NCBI GenBank assembly: GCA_963810935.1
Contig: CAWEPK010000012.1
Coordinates: forward strand, 192,001 to 256,000
DNA length: 64,000 bases
DNA from: an uncultured delta proteobacterium
GTDB lineage: Bacteria > Desulfobacterota > Syntrophorhabdia > Syntrophorhabdales > WCHB1-27
Direction of reading: 5' to 3'
In this document: piece after piece, positions 51,983 to 62,865 of the stretch
Position numbering within the stretch: the first letter of the stretch is position 1
Layout: every line of letters begins with the position of its first letter
The notes under the pieces: generated by a model
Databases searched by the model: none
What the model saw: only the letters and a program-made list of their open reading frames with translations
Told to the model about the DNA's origin: nothing
Position numbers and translations under genes: made by a program

Positions 51983-52152
51983 GCCGGAAGACCGGCAGGA
52001 CGAACGTTCCGGTCCGATTCCAAATGGAATCGGAAACGCTTAATCGTAACATTGCGCTTAAGGTATGTCAACGGGCCTTCAGCCCCCGCGTTTCCTTACG
52101 TATCTTTGCTTAAAAGTCCTTGCGGCCGCCGCCCGACGGCAGGTCAAATCTG

Positions 52153-52168
52153 CGGCATGCAATTTGAA
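52153..52168 (+). promoter_or_regulatory. Possible sigma54 promoter for the acsE-like gene
   Basis: CGGCATGCAATTTGAA (GG-N10-GA, imperfect -12). Confidence 0.45.
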
Positions 52169-52221
52169 AGTGAGTTAAGCGGAGAACGTCGGGGGAATAA
52201 GGAAAGCTTCAGGGAGACATC

Positions 52222-53016
52222 ATGCTCATAGTAGGCGAAAGGATCAACTCGTCGCGCAAGGCAATAAGGGAAGCCATTTTAGCGCTGGACAGGGAAACAA
52301 TCCAGGCCGAGGCGAAGCGGCAGGCCGAGGCAGGCGCCGATTACATAGACGTCAACGCCGGGACGTTCTCGGGGGAAGAATCGAAGCGGCTTAAATGGCT
52401 GATCGAAGCCGTGCAGGAAGTTTGCGACCTTCCGCTCACAGTCGACAGCCCGGACCCGGAAGTCATAAGGGCGGCGCTGCCGGGCGTGCGCGGGAAGCCC
52501 ATGATCAATTCAGTGACCCTCGAAAGGAAGCGCATCGACGGGATACTACCCCTCGTGAAAGAATACGGCGCCAAAGTGATCGGCCTGTGCCAATCCGAAG
52601 GCGCGATGGCCGACACCGCCGGCGCCAAGATCGAGATGGCGCGCCGCCTCGCCGACGAGCTCGACCGTGCGGGCATCCCCCTCGACGACTGCTACATCGA
52701 CCCTCTCGTTTACCCTTTAGGGACTAATCATGGCTCGGCGCACGAGACGATAGAAGCCTTCGCGCGCATCGCCCGCGAGCTGCCGGACGTGCATACGATA
52801 TGCGGCCTCACGAACGTCTCCTACGGCCTGCCGAACCGCAGCCTGATCAACCGCTCCTTCCTGATCGCCTCTGTGACGCACGGCCTCGATTCCGCCATAC
52901 TCGACCCCACAGACAAACAGCTATGGTCCGCCCTGAAGGCAGCCTTGCTAATCGACGGAAGGGACGACTTCTCCGCGGATTACATCGACGCGTTCCGCGC
53001 GGGCAGGCTGGAATAA
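52222..53016 (+). CDS. Methyltetrahydrofolate:corrinoid methyltransferase (AcsE-like, pterin-binding)
   Basis: IVGERINSSRK, YIDVNAG, VDS, MINS, YIDPLV, CGLTNVSYGLP, DSAILDP. Confidence 0.88.
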   Translation: MLIVGERINSSRKAIREAILALDRETIQAEAKRQAEAGADYIDVNAGTFSGEESKRLKWLIEAVQEVCDLPLTVDSPDPEVIRAALPGVRGKPMINSVTLERKRIDGILPLVKEYGAKVIGLCQSEGAMADTAGAKIEMARRLADELDRAGIPLDDCYIDPLVYPLGTNHGSAHETIEAFARIARELPDVHTICGLTNVSYGLPNRSLINRSFLIASVTHGLDSAILDPTDKQLWSALKAALLIDGRDDFSADYIDAFRAGRLE

Positions 53017-53187
53017 GAGGTTGGGGCGGAGAAATCAGGCTCCCATCAAACCCTCCAATTACCAGCACCTTTCCTTCGGAAGCAGGGTAGCAGTGTGGTA
53101 CGTGCGGGCCGTCCTAAATTTTTTTGACAAAGGGACTGGCGGTGTATACATTGCTATCAATTATGTCACCTGTGCTGTTCTGGAGGA

Positions 53188-54012
53188 TTGGGCATGACGA
53201 GAGCGTGCGCACTGCTTACAGTTGCTATGATCGTTTTCCTTGCTTGGGCGGCTCCTGCGCCCTGCGCAGACCAGGATAAAAAAACCCCGGCACCCGTGCA
53301 GACTTATAAATGGACGGGTTTCTACGTAGGCGTCAACGCGGGATATGGCTTCGGGAGTAATTCCGTTGACTTAGGCGCACCCGACTCCTCCCCCTCGGGA
53401 TTCAGCCAGGTGCTTGCGGCGGGGGGAGCGCCCTGGCCCGGCAATCTGAGCGCCGGCGGGTTTGTTGGCGGCGCGCAGGCCGGCTACAATTACCAGTTCG
53501 ATAATTATTGGGTCGCCGGGTTCGAGGCCGACCTCCAGTACGCCTCAATCCGGGACAGCAGCACTGTCACCGCGCCCCCGCCTCCGGGGTTCGTGCCCGG
53601 CATAACGACCGTCCGTCAGAACATATCGTGGCTCGACACGATCCGGCCGAGGATAGGGCGCCTTGTCACGGACCGGGTGCTGCTCTACGGCACGGGAGGC
53701 ATTGCCTTTGCCGGCGTTGACAGGTCGGCGACGCTCGAATACCCCCAGGGCGGTAACTTCAACCCGGGCGTCCTCGGGCAGAAATACTACGGCTCGTCGG
53801 GCGGCACCAAGACCGGTTGGACCGTCGGGGGCGGCGTGGAATGGGCGTTCGCGAAAAAACTCAGCCTAAAAGCCGAGTACCTTTACTACGACCTCGGCAA
53901 TGAGACCGTCGGCCTTGTCCCCGATTATCCGGGTAGCCCTCCCGGAACTTTATTGGCGCGTTTTCACACGACAGGCCAGATCGTGCGCACCGGGCTGAAC
54001 TACAAGTTCTGA
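53188..54012 (+). CDS. Omp25/RopB-like outer-membrane protein
   Basis: WTGFYVGVNAGYG, GGAQAGYNYQ, YGTGGIAF, GWTVGGGVEW, KAEYLYYDLG, GLNYKF. Confidence 0.85.
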   Translation: MGMTRACALLTVAMIVFLAWAAPAPCADQDKKTPAPVQTYKWTGFYVGVNAGYGFGSNSVDLGAPDSSPSGFSQVLAAGGAPWPGNLSAGGFVGGAQAGYNYQFDNYWVAGFEADLQYASIRDSSTVTAPPPPGFVPGITTVRQNISWLDTIRPRIGRLVTDRVLLYGTGGIAFAGVDRSATLEYPQGGNFNPGVLGQKYYGSSGGTKTGWTVGGGVEWAFAKKLSLKAEYLYYDLGNETVGLVPDYPGSPPGTLLARFHTTGQIVRTGLNYKF

Positions 54013-54100
54013 CGCGGGGAACGGGATGCCACGGAAGCGGCAGGGGCCTTGTTGGTAAGAATGGAACAGGGTAACAGACCCTCCGAATTGCCGGCTTCCC

Positions 54101-54134
54101 GCAATGGGGAAGGTCGATCGGCCTTCCCCATTGC
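54101..54134. terminator. Hairpin between convergent genes
   Basis: GCAATGGGGAAGG / CCTTCCCCATTGC perfect 13-bp stem. Confidence 0.6.
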
Positions 54135-54149
54135 CGCAGAAACGGCCGA

Positions 54150-55172
54150 CTACGGGTGGGTCTTGATATAGTCGAGGCAGAACTGAAGAGCCTCCCCGCC
54201 GGGCAAGCCCTTACCCTTCATCTCCTGGACATACTTATCGAGTACGCCTTTCATTTTGTCGGAGGTCCTCGACTCTTCTTCTTTCGTGACTTTCACCCAC
54301 TTAACGCCCTTCGCGACCGTATATGCCCTTGCTTCTTCATCCAGGGTTACCCACAATCTTGCGTGTTTCTCTATCCATTGCGCGTTGATGTTTTCGATTA
54401 TGGCCTGGTCGGTCCTGGATAGCGCATTCCATTTGTCTTTATTCATCACGACAAACATCGAGGTCATGTAGGAGACAGCGTAATTTTCCAGGCACACCTT
54501 AACGAGTTCACCGAACTTCCAGCCCTTCAACGCCTCGATGGGACCAAGCACGCCGTCTACGAGACCCCTTTGAAGCGAGTCGTAGGTCTCTGTGATAGGC
54601 TGGGTTACCGGAGCACCGCCAACGGCCCTCACGATGTCCGCGCTCTCGGAGCTTGCCTTTATCCTCATTCCCTTTATGTCATCGATGGACGATATGGGTT
54701 TCTTGACGTAAAAAATGCCCGGAGCTGCTCCGTGAATAAACATGAGCTTCACGTCGTCGAACTCTTTAGGCTTGAATTTCTGGTAGTACGCATTGCCCAG
54801 CTTTGTTGCCTGGTATCCGTTCTTGTAGCCGAGTGGGAGTTGCAGCACCTCGCTCAATGGAAGACGCCCCGGCGCATAGGCAAGGAGGGCCTGACCGAAA
54901 TCTGCTATTCCTTTCGCAACGTTATCATACGTCTGCATAGGCGGTGACAGTGTAGCCGAAGGAAACTGGGTGATCTTTACCCGGCCCTCTGTCCTCTTTT
55001 CGATTTCCCTGCACCATTCTTCGGTGAGCTTGGTTATCGCGTGGGTGGCCGGGAAGAAATTGGCGTAACGCAGCTTCATGACTTTGTCGTTAGCCTGAAG
55101 AGGTCGTGCGCCGTCGAGGGCGACAATCAAAAAAAGCGCTGCGAAGCAGATTAGATAAAGCTTCGTTTTCAT
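54150..55172 (-). CDS. TRAP transporter solute-binding protein (DctP family)
   Basis: Signal peptide, IEKRTEGRVKI, PGRLPL, DIKGMRI, YDSLQRGLVDG, MNKDKWNAL. Confidence 0.88.
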   Translation of the reverse strand: MKTKLYLICFAALFLIVALDGARPLQANDKVMKLRYANFFPATHAITKLTEEWCREIEKRTEGRVKITQFPSATLSPPMQTYDNVAKGIADFGQALLAYAPGRLPLSEVLQLPLGYKNGYQATKLGNAYYQKFKPKEFDDVKLMFIHGAAPGIFYVKKPISSIDDIKGMRIKASSESADIVRAVGGAPVTQPITETYDSLQRGLVDGVLGPIEALKGWKFGELVKVCLENYAVSYMTSMFVVMNKDKWNALSRTDQAIIENINAQWIEKHARLWVTLDEEARAYTVAKGVKWVKVTKEEESRTSDKMKGVLDKYVQEMKGKGLPGGEALQFCLDYIKTHP

Positions 55173-55199
55173 AAAGACTCTCCTTGTTCCTGAGTTATT

Positions 55200-56318
55200 C
55201 TACGATTTTCTTACAGCTTGCAACATAGCCTCGACGTTCTCCGGTTTTGCGTTTATGGGTACCGTACAACCCGAACCGAGGATAAAACCACCGCCCTCGC
55301 CTATAACGTTCACTAGCCTGCGGCAATAGACCTTCACATCCTCGACGTTTCCGATGGTAAGCCGCGTGCAGGGGACGTCCCCAAGGAGACAGATGTGTCC
55401 GTCGAGCACTTCTTTTGCCTTGAATATGTCGGTTGCTCCGTCCAGCTCAAGCACGACGCTATGAGGAGGCAATTCCTTAAAGGATTCGAGGTGAAGGGTC
55501 CAGTTGGAATCTGCATGCAGAAAGAGCACAATCCCTTCGGAATACAGGGCATCGACCATTCTCTTGAGGTAAGGCAGACAGAACCTGCGGTGCATCTTGG
55601 GCGACATGAAAGTCGCCGACCCCCTCGTGAAGCCGGTGAATATTCGCCGTACGCCGGTTGCTGCAACAGCCTTTTTAGCAAGATCGATGGCGGCGCCGGT
55701 CGCAATATCAAGAGCCTTATCGACCAATTCGGGCACTCGGAAAGTATCGAGCATAAAGGGTTTCATTGAACGGCTTAAGGACAAAAAGTCTGTCGGAAAC
55801 GGAACGAAACCGCCATATAAAGGGACCATGCCCTTCGCCGCCGCTCTTTCGTTGCACCTTACCTCGAGTTCTGATTGGAGACGGAAGGCGTCGACAATTT
55901 GCGTGCTGTTCGCGCCATGCGCCCTCCGGCAAAACTCGGCGCTGTATTCTGAGAAACCCTTGTCGAAAAGCATTTGATAATCCTGGACGGTCATAATTTC
56001 TTCTTCAACAGCCTGATAGGGTGAATCAGGCGGCAACTCCCTCCCGGGAAGCCTCGACCTGGTAATGCCGATTGTCTTCTGAAGCGGCCCATGCATCTTG
56101 ATATAAACAGCTCGATACATGTCCCAACCACCGAGCATATCAAATGACTTGTCGAGACTGTCGAGCGCGCGTTCTTCGTTCCAGAGGAAGTCTTCGTTGG
56201 AGATACCTGCCAGTCTGCCCGCGAACTCTTCTATTTTCGGAGCTACGGGAATTTGATCGACCGGCTCGCACCGGATAGCCGCCTCAAGGCGCTCATCAGG
56301 GGTCATCGTAATCGTCAC
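55200..56318 (-). CDS. UroD/MtaA-CmuA-family protein
   Basis: ERLEAAI..EPVDQIP, FMSPK, LHADSNW, CLLGDVP, GGFILGSGCTVP. Confidence 0.85.
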   Translation of the reverse strand: MTITMTPDERLEAAIRCEPVDQIPVAPKIEEFAGRLAGISNEDFLWNEERALDSLDKSFDMLGGWDMYRAVYIKMHGPLQKTIGITRSRLPGRELPPDSPYQAVEEEIMTVQDYQMLFDKGFSEYSAEFCRRAHGANSTQIVDAFRLQSELEVRCNERAAAKGMVPLYGGFVPFPTDFLSLSRSMKPFMLDTFRVPELVDKALDIATGAAIDLAKKAVAATGVRRIFTGFTRGSATFMSPKMHRRFCLPYLKRMVDALYSEGIVLFLHADSNWTLHLESFKELPPHSVVLELDGATDIFKAKEVLDGHICLLGDVPCTRLTIGNVEDVKVYCRRLVNVIGEGGGFILGSGCTVPINAKPENVEAMLQAVRKS

Positions 56319-56371
56319 GCTTCCTCCTTACCATAACTGAGCCTGCTGATCCGGTACTCAGATATATGGAA

Positions 56372-56387
56372 AGCACCAAACGTGCCT
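56372..56387 (-). promoter_or_regulatory. Sigma54 -24/-12 promoter
   Basis: AGGCACGTTTGGTGCT (GG-N10-GC). Confidence 0.7.
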
Positions 56388-56502
56388 GAGCAGAGAATTA
56401 TTACAACATGGCGTTTTTTATTAAGAAAGTAAAATGTAAGACAGAATAGGATAGAGGGTAAACTGCGACATATCGTAGAAACAGCGAAATATAGATGACG
56501 TC

Positions 56503-58063
56503 TTACCGGATGCCGAGCTTTTGCATTCGCGACCGGAGGGTGCTCGGATGAAGCCCAAGCACCGCCGCAGCTCCTTTCCTGCCCTCTATTCTCCAACGGG
56601 TCTCCGAGAGGACGCGTAGTATGTGTTCTCTCTACGTCTTGAAGCGTATCCGTCCGGTCTTCGGCGGGTCGCATATGGGCGGCGAGGTTATCGGCGAGAT
56701 GAAAGACGGGGCCGGAGGAAAGTATCAGGCTGCCCTCGATAACACTCTCCAGTTCGCGGATATTGCCCGGCCATGGATATTCCTTGAGCAGTCTCATAAC
56801 TTCTTTGGGAATTGCAGTAATCTTCTTCCCCAGTTTTCTTCCGTATCGTGCGACAAAGGCTTCTACCAGAAGCGGTATATCTTCCTTGCGGTCCCTCAGG
56901 GGCGGGATTATGATGGGGAATACATTCAGTCGATAAAAAAGGTCTTGTCTGAACCTTCCATTGCGGACTTCCTTCTCAAGGTCTCTATTGGTCGATGCTA
57001 TGATTCTTACGTCGATCTTTCTCGTTTGGGAGGAGCCAAGTCGCTCAAAGGACCCGTCCTGGATTACTCTTAAGAGCTTACCCTGCAGCTCCGTGGGTAG
57101 TTCACCAATCTCGTCCAGGCAGAGGGTTGAGCCGTGGGCAAGCTCAAACCTGCCTATCTGACTCGTGTGAGCACCCGTATAGGCTCCCTTTTCACGTCCA
57201 AACAGTTCGCTTTCGATCAGGCTGGACGGTAGAGCAGCACAATTCACCATAATCAGAGGGCGGTTTTTGCGCCGGCTCATATCGTGGATAGCCCGGGCGA
57301 TCAACTCCTTTCCGGTTCCGGTCTCACCGAGTATGAGCACCGTCGTATCCGTACCGGCCACCTGTTCTGTCTGTAGAAGCACCCATTTTAACGCGGGACT
57401 ATCGCCGATGATGTTGTCAAAGTCACGGTTTGCTCTAACCTCTTTGCGGAGATAGACGTTCTCTGCCTCCAGTTGTTCCTTCAGTTTAGTGATCTCTTCC
57501 AGGGCCCTGCGTAGTGATTCCTCCGTCATCTTTCTTGTCAGTGCATTGGCGAAGATGACCCCTATGACTTCAAGCCGGTCCATCAACTGATGGGGCCACG
57601 CGATTTCGCCCTTCGTCGTGCTTACAGCCACGGAGCCGATGACGGTCCCGCCTGCCACCATAGGTATCATGGTAGCCGATTTTATGTTGTACTTCCGGAT
57701 AGCCTCCTTATCGAGCCAAGCGTCATCAGGCAAGTCGCTGACTCTATCGAAGATTATTGATTCCCGCTCAAGCAGCTTAGAGACCGTCCAGGGCATCACT
57801 TCAGTGTCGAACCGGTCCGGAGAAGGAGAAATGCCATGCTCCGTCCAGGAATACACGCGTTCGAGCCGCGACCGGTCTTGAGCAAAGAGAAAGACGGTTC
57901 CTCTGTCTACGCCCAGGAAGTTTACAAAAGCCCCAAGACCTTTCTGCAATTCTCCATCAATCTCCGCAACCGGAATATCGATCAGCGTTGTTGCTATCAA
58001 CGACAGGAGTTTCTCAAAGCGAAGATGATCATCGAGGGATCTAATGATCCTTTTAGAAGCCAT
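56503..58063 (-). CDS. GAF-domain FhlA-like sigma54 activator, frameshift near 56615
   Basis: GAF, GETGTGKE, GAYTGA, DLFYRLNVFP; shifted HTH WRIEGRKGAAAVLGLHPSTLRSRMQKLGIR* ends at 56503. Confidence 0.88.
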
Positions 58064-58189
58064 TTGTGAGAAGATATATTAGCAGAACCAATGATGTCAA
58101 CACTTTACGTCAATACGCGCCCAAAACGTGACTACGATCGTCGGATACCTTTAAAGATATGAGAGATAGCTCCCGGGGAGGCAAGTATT

Positions 58190-60935
58190 CTACTTCGATG
58201 CGGCAGAACCTCCGCCCCTGCTGTCCAGCGTCCGCCGCACCGTCTCTGCCAGCTCCCTCTTCACGAGAGGTTTCATGACGAACCCGCTGATGCCTGCCGA
58301 TTTTGCCTTCTCCGGCGAAACGGCCTCGCTGTAACCCGTTATGAGGACTATGGGCAGGTCTTTCCTTACCTCCAGCATGTTCCTGGCGAGATCGACACCC
58401 GTGAGCTCCGGCATGGCCTGATCAGTGATGACAAGGTCGAAGCGCTCGGGGTGGTTTATGAAGGTATTCAACGCCTTGCGGCTATTTGTATTGCCGACCA
58501 CTTTATAACCGAGGCGTCGGAGGGTCTGCGAGACCGTGGCGACGACCTGCGGCTCGTCGTCCACGAGGAGTATCCTTTCGCTTCCGTGCGGGACCTCGGA
58601 AATCGTCTCGGGCTCTTCTTCTATTACCGCGTCGAAAAAGGGAAGGAAAATGGTGAAGACGGCTCCTTCCCCAGGATTGCTCACTAAGGTTACAGCACCT
58701 CCGTGATTTTTTACGATCCCATAGACGACCGCCAGGCCCATGCCCGTTCCCAGGCCGGCTCCTTTTGTCGTGAAGAAGGGCTCGAACACCCTTTTTTGGA
58801 CCTCTTCCGTCATGCCATCGCCCGTGTCCTTTACGGAGAGCTTCACGTACCTGCCCGGCTTCATATCGGCATCAGGCATCGTGTCCTGACGTAAAAAAGC
58901 GAGATCGGAAAGAGCGATCGTAAGAGTCCCTCCCCGTTCCCGCATTTCATAGACAGCGTTTGTGGCAAGGTTCATCAACACCTGCTGAATCTGGGCAGGG
59001 TCGCCAAGGATCGTATCGTTCCTGGCGTGAAAGTCGAGTTCCATTTTGATCGTAGTAGGCACCGTGCTGCGGAGTAACTTGCATGTCTCCTTGATAAGGG
59101 GGGTAAGCATCAAGGTGTTCTTGCCGGCCGCTGTCTTTCGGCTGAATGCAAGGATCTGCTTCACAAGATCGCTCGCGCGTTTGGAGGCCTTCACGATCTG
59201 CTCGACGTTCCTTCGCGGCTCGGGGCTGTTTTCCAAATCATCCATAGTCAGCCTCCGCGTTGCCCATTATAATGGCCAGCATGTTGTTGAAGTCGTGCGC
59301 TATGCCTCCGGCAAGGGTCCCTATGGCCTCCATCTTCTGTGCCTGGCGGAGCTGTTCTTCAAGGCGGGACCTCTCTTCCTCCGCTTTTTTCTCGGCGGTG
59401 ATATCCTGGACAATGGCGATGCGGCCTTCAAGGTGGTTCTTACGGTTGAATATCGGGCTTACCGAGAGCCGCCTGTAGAAGGGCTCTCCTGTCTTTATGT
59501 TACGGACCATTATTTCAAGGCCGTGAAGGGCTTCATTCCGGGATGCACTGATGAGAGATTCCATATCCAGGGGCTTTCCATCGACGGCGGCCATCTTAAA
59601 AGACATGTTGCGGACGTTCCTGAGATCGTTTTCGTCAAGCCCTACCTGGGCGGCCTGAGACCTTGCGACTGCGTTGGCCAGTACCACGCGGCCTTCGACA
59701 TCCGACACCCACACGGCCTGCGCCATGCCGTCGATGAGAGTCATCAGGCGGTCGCGCTCGTGTTCGGCTACCATAACCTCCCACCGGACCTGCTCCGTCC
59801 TTTCCTGGACCAGCCGCTCGAGATTATCACGGGAACCGCGGAGCTCCTCCTCCAACCGCTTGGCCTCCGTGACGTCCGTGGCCGTACCGAACCATTGGAT
59901 AACCCTTCCCGATGCGTCCTTCAGGGGCATCACGCGGGTCAGGAACAATCGGAACCGCCCCTCGTCCCCTCTAATAGGCAAGGTCATCTCAAAAGGCACG
60001 CCGGTGTCGATGCAGGACTGCCATTGCGTAAGGGCCTGCTCCATGGCTTCGGGGTCGTGTACGCTTCGCCAATCCCGCCCTTCCATCTCTTCCGGGGTGG
60101 TGCCGGTATAGTCATACCAGCGCTGGTTATACCAGAATACGTGTCCGTCGCCGTCAGCAATCCAGGCCAGTTGAGGGATAGCGTCGGCCATTGTCCTGAA
60201 GCGGTCTTCGCTGTCCAGCAGGGCCGTTTGCGCTCGTTTGCGTTCGCTGGCATCCAGGACAAACGCTATGCCGCTGACGCGTGATTCATCCGTCATTGCA
60301 GCCGCCATCAGCACGGAGACGCGTGTTCCATCCTTGCGCACGAAGTCCCTCTCGAAGGGCCTGCTGCTTACCCCTGTTTCCTTAAGCTCTTTAATAGCCC
60401 TCAACCCCTGTTGCCGATACTGGGGAGGGGTCATGTCTACGAGGTCAATCCGGCCGGCTGCCAAATCTGCCCTCGAATAACCTGTCATCTCCAGGAATTT
60501 GTCGTTAGCGTCAAAGACCTTTCCATCCATATCCCAGTAGACGACACCAAGCAGGCCGGTCTCATAGAACCGGTGAAGGCGGACATCGGTTTCCCGCCGG
60601 ACCTGCTCCACCCTTGCTCTTTCGAGGCGATGGGCGATAATGGCGAAGAGAATACCGCTGATGCAAAACCCGGCCACCCGGACGAGCAGCCCACCCAGAC
60701 ATATGGATTGCGGGGCAAGCAGTGCGGCAGTCACGGCGCTAAGCACCATAGCGAAAAGGGCCGGACCTAATCCGCCGAACAGGACTACGAATATGACAAC
60801 GGGGTAAAAGGTAACGAAGGGTATATGCATTTCGAAGGCGGACTTAAGGACCAGATATACACTTGCGGCAATAGCCACAAGGATAACGGCAAAGAGGTAC
60901 TTTCTGAGGTCGGGAAATCTTCGATTATTGAACAT
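58190..60935 (-). CDS. Membrane multi-PAS hybrid histidine kinase, frameshift near 59245
   Basis: N-terminal TMs, PAS repeats, GIAHDFNN H-box, HATPase and receiver in the next frame. Confidence 0.88.
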
Positions 60936-60965
60936 TGCTGAATACGATGGAACAGTCTGACAGAT

Positions 60966-61600
60966 TTAAAGAAGCGTGTAAATGGGGGTACGAAGGGGCG
61001 TAATGTGCCCGGTAGACGGGGCCGCGCGGCCGTCCGGTTCTCTATGGACGGTTACTGATTGGCAGGGAAGTAATACCGTGAAGGTAGAGCCTTTGCCGAC
61101 ATTGCTCCGGACGGTAATGGTGCCTCCATGACTCTTCACGATCCCGAAGACGACCGCGAGGCCCATGCCCGTACCCTGGCCCGCCTCCTTTGTCGTTAAG
61201 ATAGAACTGTAAAAGCTCTCCGGTTGCCTATTGTTCTTAATAAATACGTATACATGCTGCCCGGTGAGGTCCTGTTTCCGGTAACCCGTCATCCGCAGGC
61301 CGCCCCCGTTGACGTGGACGATTTCCCCTTTCGTCGACAATATCAGGACGCCTTCGGCGACCCCTTCTAGTGCTATTGCAAGCCGCCTTATCCCCCCCCG
61401 GGGGGCCTTCCGGGACTCGGTCAAATCTATAACAACGCCTCCGAAACCGATTATGCCGCCCTGTCTCTCAAGTACAACCGCCCTCAAGAAGATCGGGGAT
61501 TCACTCCCATCCTTCCGCCTCCCCGTATACTCGGCGCCCGCGCGCCTCTCACATCGAAGAATCCTGGCGCCGTTCTCCAGTAGCCGTGCATGGTCCTTCG
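60966..61600 (-). pseudogene. Internally deleted PAS histidine kinase remnant
   Basis: PAS fragment fused directly to [14 protein letters not shown]2 box; no H-box or N-box. Confidence 0.65.
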
Positions 61601-61685
61601 GCGCTATGTCTTGTCCCCATTGTCCTTGGTCACTAAATGTACATCACGTGTTGCATATCTGTAATGAAAGTGTATAATAAATGCA

Positions 61686-61830
61686 ATGCGATTCGAGTGG
61701 GATAACCGAACAAGTTCGGTTAATGCAGAAAAGCATATATACCGTTCGCCGTGAGAGAATAAGACTGATATCCGTCAGGCGAGCAAGACGCAAGGAGGTA
61801 AAGCTATATGAAAAAGAAACAACCGGCTAA
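61686..61830 (+). pseudogene. brnT: BrnT toxin with internal out-of-frame deletion
   Basis: MRFEWD..NAEKH joined out of frame to YTVR..RIRLISVRRARRKE..YE; central part absent. Confidence 0.75.
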
Positions 61831-62062
61831 GACGGCTGCTGAATTTGACAGGCGCTTCGACGAAGGCGAAGACATTCACGATATAGCCGATCTATCAAAG
61901 GCCAAAATAACGTATCCCGGCAAAAAAGTCCGTATTACCCTCGACGTCCCGCAAGTCCTTGTTAATGAGATCGACAACCTACGCCAACGAATAGGAGTGG
62001 ACCGGGGCGCCCTTATCAAAGTCTGGCTTCATGAAAGAGTCGAGCAGGAGAAAGGACGGTAA
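61808..62062 (+). CDS. BrnA/CopG-like antitoxin
   Basis: AEFDRRFDEGEDI, RITLDVP..ID..RIGVDRGALIKVWL RHH; overlaps brnT. Confidence 0.8.
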   Translation: MKKKQPAKTAAEFDRRFDEGEDIHDIADLSKAKITYPGKKVRITLDVPQVLVNEIDNLRQRIGVDRGALIKVWLHERVEQEKGR

Positions 62063-62172
62063 GGCTAACGGCTGGCACGTTCCTTCCACCGCCGGGCGGC
62101 CCCTGCCGGCGTTTGCAGGCATCGTGCCTGTTTTGCTATAATCAAGCGACATATCACTCAAGGGGGTAATCC

Positions 62173-62628
62173 ATGTCACGCAATCATATAGCCGTTCGCT
62201 GCGCGGTTGCCGCACTCTTCATGTGCCTGGCGGCGATGCCCGCTCTTGCGGCCGACGCGCCTACCGTTTCGCAGGTACTGACCGATGTGGACAAGCTGCT
62301 CAAGGAAAACCCGATGCCGGCCGGGGCGACCTCCCAGTTGATAAAGATCGCGGAGGACCCGACGGCGAGCATCTACCTGACAATCACGCTACCAGGAGCA
62401 AGCCTCGCGCCGCACGTGCACAAAACCCACGACGAGACCGAGTACGTGATCAGGGGGACGGGCAGGCTGTTCGTCAACAATGAGTGGGTAGACATAGGGC
62501 CGGGAAACGTGCACTTCAACCCGATGGGCAAGGTCCACGGAGCAATCAACAACGGCAAAGAATCGCTGGTAGTGCTAATCATGTTCACCCCGGCAATGAC
62601 GCAAACGGACAGGCATTTTGTGAAGTAG
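62173..62628 (+). CDS. Secreted cupin-domain protein
   Basis: Signal peptide (ALA); PHVHKTHDE..YVIRG and PMGKVH cupin motifs. Confidence 0.85.
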   Translation: MSRNHIAVRCAVAALFMCLAAMPALAADAPTVSQVLTDVDKLLKENPMPAGATSQLIKIAEDPTASIYLTITLPGASLAPHVHKTHDETEYVIRGTGRLFVNNEWVDIGPGNVHFNPMGKVHGAINNGKESLVVLIMFTPAMTQTDRHFVK

Positions 62629-62865
62629 GAAGTACCGGTGTCGGGAAGGCCTGACTCTCTATGCACGGCTCGCTGAGCTGCTCGGGGAGGTAACTAGTAC
62701 ACCTGCCAGTTCACACATTGTTTGGACATATTGACTTTCAAGATTACCGCTTGCAAACGAGAGAGGCCCAAAAAATTCCGAAATAAAGCGATTTATCGCT
62801 ATTCGTTGCTCTTATTTTCTGAGTTGCAATTTGTTGAGAGGACGTGCGAATAATCTTCAGCGTCG

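Noticed and set aside
45942..56318. Pyrrolysine read-through in the methyltransferase modules
   Set aside because: No MttB/MtbB/MtmB-type gene and no in-frame TAG interrupting a domain
56315..56502. C-terminal extension of the FhlA-like ORF
   Set aside because: Frameshift artefact; the true HTH ends at 56503 and this stretch holds a sigma54 promoter
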